Source: Thelocarpon superellum (Eukaryota). Taken from it: a stretch of 20,000 nucleotides of DNA. The stretch is taken from assembly GCA_026025795.1 (NCBI GenBank), contig JAPEUG010000040.1, positions 50,125-70,124 on the forward strand. Direction: 5' to 3'. Under the pieces are notes generated by a model, which was not told the DNA's origin, made no database searches, and was given only the letters and a program-made list of their open reading frames with translations. Position numbers and translations under genes: made by a program. Positions 9,980-20,000 of this stretch are shown piece after piece. Every line of letters begins with the position of its first letter. The first letter of the stretch is position 1.

Positions 9980-12900
9980 TCATTGGCGACTCTCGAGATT
10001 TGGTCGAGGCGGATATGGAAAGCTGGCCGGGTCACTCAAGGAGGGTAGGACGGGCACGGGATTGGCGGGCGTCTGGGTCGACATGAACCCTCCGGGCGCC
10101 TGTGGAGGGAAGACGGGCGGCGGCGGCGGCGGCGGCATCGATGGCGGCATCGATGGCGGCATCTCTTGTGACGCGTGAACCATCATCGGCGGATAAGACC
10201 CCAGGGTATGGTAGGCCGGACCGGGGGGAGAGTAGAGCGAGACTTGCGGGGCGGATCTCGTGGCGCCGAGGTGCGGGCTGCCGTAGCCGACATTGGGCCC
10301 CCCATGCACACCGTTGCGCGCATGGCCGTAGCCTGGCCCAGCGACAGTTCGGGACGCATGCGCCAAAGCGTACGCATGGAAGGGCGGCGGCGGGGCCATC
10401 GGCGAGCCCTGTGTCGAGGACGAGCGGTACGGCGACGGGGAGAAGGTCGGGTATGGCGGCGGCGGCGGCAGCGTCGGCGAGTAATGGGCGGCGCTCGGAG
10501 TGGGCTGCTCATACCCGTCGTACTGGACCGGCGTGAAGGTCTTCGCGTGGTCCACCCCCTGCGCCCAGGGGATGGGCGAAGACGCCTCCTGGACGCGAGC
10601 GCCTGGTAGGGGCGCCGTGCTCGTGCCAGGGTGAGAAGTGAGCGAGGAGGGAGGGAGGTCGGACGGCCCATCTACGTTGAGGATGCTGGCCAGAGGATTG
10701 GTCCCAGTCACTGGCGCCGGGGGGCTGCCATTGCCACGGCCTTTGGGCGCCAAGGCGCGCGATTTCGTCGTGGTCCTCCTTGCGGAGGGCGACTCCCTCC
10801 GTGTTTGACGCCCGGCCGGGCGCAGGCTCGACGCCGTCGTCGACGCGGCTGACTTCGAGGGGGGCGTGGCGGCAGCAGGCGAGGAGGTAGGGGCAAGGAA
10901 CAGCCCCACGGCGGGCTCGCCACGAGCCGTGGGGGTGCGGGGCGCGTCGTTGCCCGACGCGCTATCCCGCGACGCGCCCGGAGATCCTGACGACGCCGTG
11001 CCCTTGGACTTCTTGGAAGTCTTGGGCCGGATCTCCGGTTGCGTCGCGGGTTGGCGCGACGGGCCAGCGGACGGGTAGGTGAACATGGCCGCATCGTAGT
11101 TTACGATGAGGTTCCCACGATGCGGGGACATGTCGTGATCCGCGGCCGGACGGGTCGCCGCCGCGACGAACGCCTGGCTTGGCGTCGCCACCGTGACCCG
11201 TGGGACCGGCTCGCGAACGTCGATTGCATCCAGCAGAGGCTGAAGCCCCACCTTCTGCCCGTTGAAAAGAACAGTCGGCGAGGCCTCCGGCCCCTGCTCC
11301 TCCACCTCTTCGGCGGCAAAGAAGAGGGACTCCAGGTTGTACGCCGCAACGGCGGCCATCCGGGCCCGTCGGTCCGCTGTGGCCACGTTGCCGGGGCTCT
11401 CGTTGACCACCTCGGGCGCGCAGCTCTGCAGCACCTGGTTGCATCGCAGACGCGCCTCGAGGGCGGCCCACTGGCGCTCCGTCTCCATGAGATCGAAGGC
11501 CCTCGATGCCCCGGACTTCGGGCCGCGGCGCTTCTCTGGCGGCGCATCATCCTGGTCCTGTAACAGCATGAGCACGGCGATCCAGACTAACGACAGATGT
11601 GCGGGAGGGAGAGACCTACCTCGTCTTCGGTCGCTTCACCATCGCGGTGAAGCTTCAGGTCCCGGAGGACCTGCAGGAACTCCTGCTTACAGTACAATAC
11701 CAGATCCTCCTGGGACTCCTCGACCTTCCGCTACGCGACAATTAGCAATCAAGGCACATGCAGCGATGAGGGTGGGCGAGCTGTACGTCGCAGTTCCTCC
11801 GCGCCACGGCGCACTCCGCCGCCAGCTTCACCACGGCGTTGTCCCGTTTGAGCCGATACTCCCGGTCCAGATCGTCCAATCGTTCGGCTAACCGCGCGTC
11901 GAGCTCAGCTTGCACTGCCTCGAATAGAGCAGCCTTCTTGTGCGCCTGCTCGTCCTCCTCGAGCAGGGCAGACGTGCGGTCACTCAGGACGGCGAGGGCG
12001 GGCTTCATCGCCTTGGCCACGGTTCGATAGTTGCGCTTGAGGTCCCCCTGCCGCACCAGGAGGGCCTCGACCACTGGATCCGCGTGTGGCGCTCGACGGC
12101 GACCGGGCAGTCGTGGTCCAGATGGTGTAGGGGCCGCCACGGGAGCTTTGGACGTCTTGGACGTCTTGGCGCCCCGTGGTCGTCCCGGGGGCCGTTTGAC
12201 GGCGGGCGGGGCTATCACCAACTCGGTCGGGTCGACCGCCGCCACAGTAGATCCTGCCTCCTCGATGACGGCCGCATCCAAGGCCGCCTTGGGCCGGCGG
12301 CCTCGGCGCTTCTTGGGGGCCGGCTGCGGGGCGTCGACGGCCTTCTCGGCTTGGAGGCTGGTCTCCGCCGCCGCCACAGCAGGAGGAGCCTCCGGGAGAA
12401 TACTCACGCCGGTGTCCATGGCCACCCGCTTCCGCTTGGTCGAAGAAGTGTTCGATGCGGCCTGGCTCGGGGCCTGAGTCTGGGCTCGGACAATCCGCGC
12501 CGCCGCATCCGAAGGAAGAGGTGGGGTCGCTGAGTCGGCAGTGACTGGGGGAGTAGTGACACTATTAGAGCGAAGTCGACGGCGCGGGGGCAGTGACTGT
12601 GACGGTAGCTCGTCAGAGGCAGGAAGTTTAGGTGATACGGCAGCGTCCGGGTGAGGAGCGGCACTGTTGGAACGGAATCGACGACGTTTGGGTTGGTGCT
12701 GTGACTCTTCGGTGGAAGCTCCCACGTCGACCACTGAGGGGGCGGCCGAATTGGGCTGGCTACCATTGCTGCCGCTGACTGAGGCTGAAGCCGATGTCGA
12801 ACCCGAGACGGACGCCGAAGCGGAGGCTGAGACTGAAGCAGAGATCGAGCCCTGAGAGGCGGCCTTTTGCGAGCCGCGGGTGGTCATGTGCATGGGCACG

Positions 12901-13107
12901 CTCGGCTGAAGTCGTGAGCTCCGTGAGCTACGGGAGGGCGTGGAGCCTGTTCGGCGACGGCCTCGGTTGAGTTCGACATTCGTCGACTCTGGCATCCCCC
13001 GTGAGCACGAAGGTAAAATCCACGGTGAGGCTTGGCATCAAGTACATACCTTGCCACGTACCGATCTGAGACGACTGACTCTCGTCGATGGGACGTTTCT
13101 TCGCCAT
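9980..13107 (-). CDS. Uncharacterised nuclear protein, about 982 aa, with AT-hook-like motifs, a central Sds3-like coiled coil and a Pro-rich C-terminus; exons 13107..13050, 12988..11787, 11730..11620, 11557..9980
   Basis: Introns 13049..12989 (GTATGT..CTCAC..CAG), 11786..11731 (GTACAG..CTAAT..TAG) and 11619..11558 (GTAGGT..CTCAT..CAG) join MAKKRPIDE..., the 417-aa ORF, a 37-codon exon and the 531-aa ORF in one frame (2949 nt). Motifs KKRRGRRPK and KRPPGRPRG. The 3' end is less certain. Confidence 0.82.
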
Positions 13108-13115
13108 CGAGGCCG

Positions 13116-13253
13116 CTGTCAATACAGTCAGACATTCGTTGTGCAAAAAGCCAATGGTAGTAGCTCGACGTCGCGAAAACGAAGGCAAATGCAGAAGCGA
13201 GGAAGCGAAGCATCAAATACGAGTGAGGACAAGGCGCGCAGCGAGAGTCTTAC
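13116..13253 (-). other. Probable 5' UTR intron of the 982-aa gene
   Basis: Minus-strand GTAAGA donor at 13253, CTGAC branch and ACAG acceptor at 13116, 8 nt before the ATG. An in-frame TGA upstream of the donor with no intervening ATG implies a non-coding first exon. Confidence 0.6.
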
Positions 13254-15042
13254 CCGGTTGAAAAATTGAGGAATTTAGACGGTAGATGATGCGGAAGTCC
13301 GGTCACACTGCCGTGTATGCGGGCGCAGAAGAGTTAGGGCGATTGCAGGAGGCGATGGTGGTGGACAAGATGGAACGGGACAGACACAACAGAGGTTTTG
13401 ACCAGATTAGCAGACGAACGAGGTCCGGAACGCCTGTTTTCCTGAGGACGCGTAGATGCTTGCGAAATCTTCGATCCCGCCGGCGGATGATGAAGCACGA
13501 GGCAGAGAGCTTTGACGGATGTACAGTAGCTTTCTGCAGGCAGGAGAAGGTGATGATGTAGAACGAAGACGGGGGCAAGAATGGAGCGATGGCAACAGAG
13601 GGCACAGGGCGAGTGGTGCCCAGGTATATGCTCTGTTTGGCGCTAGCCCGCTCGTCCGGCCTGCCCGCGCGGACGTACCATGGCCCCGATAACCATTCAC
13701 CGAGGAGTGTAATTGAGGGTGGAATTGAGGGAAGGCGTGCAGGTGTCGTGGTGTTGTTAATTCACAACGGGTGAAGATGGTAGGCGCGTTGGCAGCAATG
13801 CTCGATCGACCGAGACTTCCGTATCGGGAATGCCGAGTCGAGCGACGATGGCAGCAAAACCCTCTGGCCACGCAGCTTCCACCACGCGCGCTGCAATCAC
13901 GAGCACGCCGGTAGCAAGCTTGCCTCTACGCTTGCTCGTCGGAGGTGGAAGATTGCTGCGCCCTACAGACTATGCGACGATCCACGGCGCTGGACCCATC
14001 GACTTGATGGTCGAGACGATCTCCATCTACCTAACAATACGAGCTCATGTGCAAGGACCGTGCGTCGTGGATTTTGTTCCGCCAGCACCGACAATGCATA
14101 GAGACTACCTTACTCCGCCGCCCCTGCAATGTACCTCTTCGTCTCTCGGCCAATACCTCGCGTGGCGATTCATCATGGTCGTTCATGTGTTGGAGGCTGG
14201 GTCGGACCAAACAGTCGAAACGGCCTGATTCGGCATAGCGCGAAAGCGTCACACAACGACGGGGTCGGTGCCGGGTAGCTCAAGCTGGCCGACTAAGCGA
14301 GGTCAGATTCTACTCGTTACCAAGAGACAGGACCAGCGACAGGGAAAGGATGGAAGCAGATGGCGATCCACCGCTGCCCATGACCGGGCCCCATCTAACT
14401 GCGTCCCCTCCTGCGCCTACCAGACCAACAGGCGCTCGACAAAGATCGGGCTCCTGCTGGGCCACGGGACCGGACCGACCTGATGTCGGAAGTCAGTACC
14501 CTGTTCGCGTGGACGAGCGTGGATGCCCGTCACACCCACCAGCACTCCCCACGACTAAATGCCCACCGCCAATCGGTAGCCCCAAGTACCAACCGGTCGT
14601 AGTCCATCCGCGGGCGAAGGCTCCCGACCTGAGATGCCGACGTAATCCCGTACTCACAGGGCAACAGGTATTCCCGTGCCCGGTGACTTGGGTTTATGTA
14701 GTTACCAATCCGGCGGTAAGCAAGCATCCTGGCGGCGACTAGACCTTTCCTGTAAGTTCGCACGGCGGCCGTCGACTACGACAACGACGTGATCTGCCTA
14801 CCGACGCCACGCCACCAGCTAAAGGTATCGCTGCCCATCTAGTCCCTCCCCACGTCTGTGACCCTGATCGTGACCACGATCCCGTCCGTCTCGCCATCTG
14901 TTCCAGCGTGTCCAGACCAGCCCCACCATCATCCACTCCCATCCTGATCCCTGATCCAGGTCATCGGCGACCTTCCCCCCTCTGTCCCTGTCCTCATCGA
15001 CCTTGATCCCTAACCTCCGACCTGCGACTCGCAATAGGCGAC

Positions 15043-15074
15043 GTGCGAGGTGCGAGGTGCGAGGTGCGAGGTGC
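15043..15074. repeat. (GTGCGAG)4.5 tandem heptamer upstream of RAD23
   Basis: Four perfect copies plus GTGC, about 175-205 bp before the ATG. Confidence 0.9.
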
Positions 15075-15247
15075 AATCTCTCTCGTGGCGGGCATCGTGA
15101 CCAGGTCTCGCTGCTCCTGCTGCCTGTGCCTACCGCTCGGTTGTCCCGCGTCATAACCCATCATCCATCCATCCGCCGTCGACCCTCTCCATCTTCCTTA
15201 CCCTCACGTTTCCCTCACCTACGTCGTTCAAGACGTGGCGATCCAAG

Positions 15248-16813
15248 ATGAAGCTCACTTTCAAGGTACGATTTCCCTTAGCGAGCTCGCCGGGTGGCGC
15301 GTTGACTCATCCGGCGCAGGACCTGAAGCAGCAAAAATTCGTCATCGAGGCCGAACCCTCTGAATCGGTAGGTGGCGTGGCGTCGCCCTGGGCCTCGTCG
15401 TTCTGGCTGACTCGCTCGATGCGGCCGCACAGATTGCCGATGTCAAAGGAAAGATCTTCCAGGAGAAGGGATGGGACGCCGCGCAGCAGAAACTGATCTA
15501 TTCGGGTGGGTCCAGGCGATGGGCGCCATCAATGTGGCCACGCTGACGGACCTGATGTGTGGTAGGGAAGATATTACAAGACCAGAATACGGTGGAGTCA
15601 TATAACATCGAAGAGAAAGGGTTCATAGTCTGCATGGTCTCCAAGGTACGCTTCGCCGCCCTTGCTCGATCGATCAAGGCCGGTTCGTGCTGACGTGAGG
15701 GATCAGCCGCGAACGGCAGCCGCGACAGCGACGTCGTCCGCCAAGGCCCCGGCCACGCCCGCCTCGAATCCATCGTCCACCCCCTCTGTCCCGGCCGCTC
15801 CTGCACCTGCCTCCCCCTCGACCGCCTCCAACCCCCCGGCCACGCCGTCGCCGGCTCCTCCGGCCTTAACCGCGGCGCCGGTGGAGGCGGCGGCGTTCAA
15901 CGATCCTTCGGCACTGACCCTGGGCGCTCAGCGATCGGCTGTCATTGCCAATATGGAGGGCATGGGATTCCCGCGCTCGGAGATCGATCAAGCGATGCGA
16001 GCGGCCTTTTACAACCCCGGTCGCGCGGTGGAGTACCTCTTGAATGGGATCCCCGATAGCGTGGAACAGGAACAACGACAAGCCCCACCAGCCGCTGGCA
16101 GCCCCGCGCCGACGGCGCCGACGGCGCCGACGGCGGCGGCGGCATTGGGGAATCCAGAGGCGGCCACACCCTCGGCTGAGACGGGCGAGCAGCCGATTAA
16201 CCTGTTTGAGGCCGCGGCCCAGGCGGGTCGGGCGAGCACCGGGGGCACTCGCTCGGGGGGCGGAAGCAGCGCCGGTACGGCGACGGGAGCGAGCGCGGCA
16301 GGCGCGGCAGCTGAGCTCAGCGCCAGCACGAGCGCGAGTGCCGGCGCGGCTGCCGCGGGCGGTCTGGGCAACCTGGATTTCCTCCGACAGAACCCTCAGT
16401 TTCAGCAACTGCGTCAGGTAGTGCAGCAACAGCCGCACATGCTCGAGCCCATCCTCCAGCAAGTGGGCGCGGGAAACCCGCAGCTGGCGCAGCTCATCGG
16501 CAACAATCCGGATCAGTTCCTGCAGCTCCTCAGCGAAGATGTTGACGACGATGCGCCCTTGCCACCGGGCGCTCAAGCCGTCAGCGTGACGGAAGAGGAG
16601 CGGGAGGCCATCGAACGTGTAAGTCCTGGTGCTCCCGTGGCCGTGGCCATGGCCATGGCCGTGGCCGTGAACCTGGCTAACCGTCGGCGACAGCTCTGTC
16701 GGCTCGGCTTCCCCCGAGATCTGGTCATCCAGGCCTACTTTGCGTGTGACAAGAACGAAGATCTCGCGGCCAACTTCCTGATTGACCAGCCGGATGAGGG
16801 CGAGGAGCAGTAG
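15248..16813 (+). CDS. RAD23: UV excision repair protein Rad23 (UBL-UBA-STI1/XPC-binding-UBA), 416 aa; exons 15248..15265, 15320..15367, 15433..15505, 15566..15645, 15707..16618, 16694..16813
   Basis: UBL MKLTFKDLKQQKFVIEAEPSE...[33 protein letters not shown]; UBA1 MEGMGFPRSEIDQAMRAAFYNP.RAVEYLLNGIP; XPC-binding LDFLRQNPQFQQLRQVVQQQP; UBA2 [36 protein letters not shown]. Five GT-AG introns; exons sum to 1251 nt. Confidence 0.98.
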
Positions 16814-17900
16814 GTTGGACGGACCGAGGGGCGAAGGATGAGATGACGCGATATTGCGATGATGTCGACACCAATCCGGCGACCGTGGAAATGCCCCCAT
16901 CAGATCTTGCTCTACTCCATACCTCGACACAATCCCAGCTCTCCCGTCTCTCCTTTCCTCGCACATGCTTGTGTTGCCACGGTGCGCGGCTCGACTGGGC
17001 CTGTCCGCTCGTAGCTCCGCGCGCGCGCAAGTGCGCAAGCCCATCTGGACATGGTGTTGCCGGCTGGGCTACGTTCTGCATGTTTGGAGCACCGGACGGA
17101 CAGTTGCATAAACAAATTCGAACAGTCTGCCGTGGTACTAGACTTGTCGTAGAATCTTCACGAACAGGATCAGGAGCCAGTCCGCATCCTTCACCCCGTG
17201 ACGATGGCTTCCCCTGCCATTTTCCTACCGGTCGCGGGTTGAAGTGCGTCAAAGTCGCTTGCACGGGTACCGGGCGCGCCGTGAGCCGTACCGACACGCA
17301 AAGATGGCTTGATTGGCGCGACATCGCTTCCCTCCTTCACTACTGACCGAACCCTGTCACCCAGCCCGACCGTCCTCATCCACTTGCACAAACAGGATAA
17401 GGCGCGAGACGGCATTCTCGGACGAATAAAGCATGATGGATGCACGATATGCATTATTCGCTCATTCGCTCATTCTGATGGGACTGCCAACGAATAGATG
17501 CAGGGGGTTTGGTTGATTCATTACCGCGGCTGGACACGGCAATGAAGCGGCCGGGGTTGAGGCTTGGATCGAACCGGTCTCATTGGCCCCGTCTACCTTC
17601 ATTACCTGCCGATCAGCATCGAGCTACTCCACGATGCTACCAACGCGCGGCCCTCACCAACCAAAGCTGTTCCCCGTGCCGATCCAGGCCGTGCTTCAGG
17701 CCGTGCATTCTTCCATGCACCGGCGCTGTGATTGGGTCCCGGGCAGGCCACGACCCGGCCAGCTGCCTGGAGGATTGCCAAACACCCTTTGGGATCATCG
17801 ACGGTCATGTTTCCATCCAACCAGATATGACCGCCACACGGCTCGACATCTCTTTTCATCTTTTCATCGCCCTGGTGAGGCAAGTGGCGGGCGGCTTCTG

Positions 17901-17944
17901 ACCGCCTTCGAACCACCTTCGAACCGGCGCCGAACCGCCTTCGG
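17901..17944. repeat. Four imperfect tandem 11-mers (ACCGCCTTCGA consensus)
   Basis: ACCGCCTTCGA ACCACCTTCGA ACCGGCGCCGA ACCGCCTTCGG. Confidence 0.75.
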
Positions 17945-18162
17945 CGCTCTTCGGCCGTGTCATCAGCCGTGTTGCTTTTCGTCCGTTGCTCCGCCACGTG
18001 CGCGATCGCTGATGGTACCCTTCCGCGGGACCAGTACCTGATGATAAGTATGGGAGACCGCTGGGTCGATGCGAAGGCAATGTCCAAGTGCCGGCGTCTT
18101 TCTAAGACGTTAGAAAATCTCCTTGACTGACATCGCTGCGCTGACATATCTTGCCTTTCATC

Positions 18163-18730
18163 ATGAAGATTACTCTGTCCCTCCTTGTCTCCCTGCTGGC
18201 GTCAACCTCCGTCGTCCAGGCCCTCCCTCTCCTCCCTGCAGCCTCGCGCGCAGTCTCGTCCGGTACTGATGTTTTCTTTCCTTCCACCATCCATCCGGTC
18301 TGGCCAAACTGACCGACGACGAACGCTTACAGACCTCGACACGATCGCCGCTCGCGTCAACAGCCATGACCTTGGACGTCGCCAGGGAATTATCGAAGTC
18401 GGCCTGGGTGGCTTTGGTGACCCCGGCAGCAGCGCCGGCGGTGGCTCCGGCGAGGGTGAACCAGGTGATATCAACCTAGGAGAGGTACCCACCAAGAAGA
18501 AGAAAACGAAAGGGGCCGCAATCCAGCCTGAGAGCGCACCAGTACCCGACAGCGGCAACGGAGATCCTGCTCCCTTTCCAGGCGATCCAGATACCGCCCC
18601 CGCGGAAAAACCAAAGGCGGCCGCCAGCGATGACACCCCGGGCCTGGGGATCTCGGCCACCTTTACTGCTCCGGCCGGTGGCGTCACTCCGCCATCAAAC
18701 AACGCCGCTCCTTTCCCCGGGTCCAGATAG
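18163..18730 (+). CDS. Small secreted Gly/Pro-rich preproprotein, 165 aa; exons 18163..18262, 18333..18730
   Basis: Signal peptide MKITLSLLVSLLASTSVVQA|LP; intron 18263..18332 (GTACTG..ACTGAC..CAG) joins it in frame to the downstream ORF; Kex2-like LGRR|Q site. Confidence 0.85.
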
Positions 18731-19776
18731 GGGCCTTCTGGTGCAAATACTCCCGGAACCGGCGGAATGACGAACGATGTGCTGCCTCTGTCGTCGCTGT
18801 TGCGTGCTTCCATCGTCCTTTTCCTCAGCCCCGTCCAGTGCGTCCGTGTACGAGTGCGTGCTAGCAGATTATTGAATGCCGCGAAGATTGAGATGTTTTG
18901 TACTTTCACCTTGGTGACCTCCGAGACGATAACCAACGTGGGTAGGAGAAGCAACCGATATCAGATCTGAATATTATATTGATATTATATTTGATAAAAT
19001 TTCGTCCCGGCGAGAGGACGGCCGTGTGTAGAACAGCTTGACTTGCCGTTCTAAGCCAGCTTTGAACTGATCCAGGAAATCTCTCCCGCCGCCCGCTCCT
19101 GGCCACCCTAGGGAGGCGCAGAAAGTAGCAGGCCAGAGAATGTCTCACATCCGACGCCCTTTGACCCTTGAAAAGGGAGTTGTTGACGGAAGGCAGCTGA
19201 GCTAACTACAGCCCTAGAACCCACATTTGACAGAATCATATATAACACCCATACCGACTGTTAGTTCTGTATGGTACTGTATTGGGACCAGCACCTCTTG
19301 GCTAATCTCACGCTCCGCAATATGTTCGAGTGGTTTTGCCACCGGTCACTGACGTTCGGAAGTTAAGTAGGTGTCTCGGGTGATGATTGTACTAACGAAA
19401 GCTGCAACGTCCGACGATGAAGTTAGCGTCTTTGCAACTCATACATGCTTACCTCAGCATGGACCAGCAACGCATTCTCTCCCCAGCATTATTAGGCACT
19501 TCCATGAGCTGTTTTAACCACCTCAGTACTGGTGTTCACTTATGAATGCATAAAGGAGTGAATGCTTCTTGGCCCGTCCTCTTCACTCCCTAACTCGATC
19601 TATTCTACCCTTATATGCAGCCGGAGCACCCTCTCGGAACACATGTACATGGTACGTCCTAAATGGTCAACGAGGGCGAGCCCAACTGCCCGGTCTCCTG
19701 CCCGTTCCTTGCCGGTTCCTGTATGGAATCGCCTAGTCTAGATGAATGCGCCCCCGCCGGAAAATGCGCCCCTTCC

Positions 19777-20000
19777 CTACGTACATTCTTTCGTCACCCG
19801 CCACGTCGTCAAACCCCGGCGCCCAACCACCCGTTGTAGTGTCGGCCAGATGCCGTCTTCACCAAAATCGAGATCGTCGAGGTTGAGGTGCGAATTGTAA
19901 TGCCACGTCCGCTCCAGGTAGATGGGCGTGTCCTGGTCCGCGAGGTCTTTGGCCTGGTAGTAGCCGTGTTCGCTGGCGCCAGGCGGAGGCGGCGTGAAGC
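19777..20000 (-). CDS. 3' end of an unidentified protein-coding gene running off the right edge
   Basis: Open frame with strong C/G third-position bias: [71 protein letters not shown]. It ends at TAG 19777 if unspliced, or at a split T|GA (19717) if intron 19784..19719 is used. Confidence 0.65.
   Translation of the reverse strand, partial: FTPPPPGASEHGYYQAKDLADQDTPIYLERTWHYNSHLNLDDLDFGEDGIWPTLQRVVGRRGLTTWRVTKECT

Noticed and set aside
13300..14760. Short ORFs in the divergent intergenic region
   Set aside because: No coding bias, coherent exon structure or known motifs.
15083..15241. GTGGCG cores as Rpn4/PACE sites upstream of RAD23
   Set aside because: Only a short core matches, which is expected by chance at this GC content.
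15866..17044. 392-aa antisense ORF over RAD23
   Set aside because: Antisense shadow; its poly-Arg and GH runs derive from repeats in the RAD23 linker and intron.
17431..17480. Box C/D snoRNA-like ATGATGG...CTGA
   Set aside because: Imperfect C box, only about 50 nt long, no recognisable rRNA guide.
18202..18954. 250-aa minus-strand ORF
   Set aside because: Antisense to the secreted protein gene, which has a clear signal peptide and intron.
1..20000. Functional gene cluster, mobile element, CRISPR or prokaryotic-type system
   Set aside because: The genes have unrelated functions, and I saw no transposase/RT motifs, terminal repeats, spacer arrays or RIP-like AT-rich blocks.

Overview
Intron-rich, GC-rich genomic DNA from a filamentous ascomycete (Pezizomycotina-type GT..AG introns of 50-140 nt with CTRAC-like branch sites). 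I reconstructed eight genes by hand. In order: 5'-truncated PEX3 (+); eIF6/TIF6 (-, 6 exons, 246 aa); a divergent Pho84-family phosphate:H+ symporter (-, 3 exons, 556 aa) with a perfect CCCACGTGGG box upstream; an uncharacterised 719-aa protein with a HeLo-like/SesA-type N-terminus and a probable PH-like region (+); an uncharacterised 982-aa AT-hook/coiled-coil protein resembling the Sds3/BRMS1 family (-); RAD23 (+, 6 exons, 416 aa); a small secreted Gly/Pro-rich preproprotein (+, 165 aa); and the 3' end of an unidentified gene at the right edge (-). I found no tRNA, rRNA, transposon or CRISPR, and no convincing multi-gene novel system. The best leads are the two uncharacterised proteins, a Tyr-to-Phe change in the transporter's phosphate pocket, and the secreted protein. 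Family assignments come from motif recognition, not database searches.
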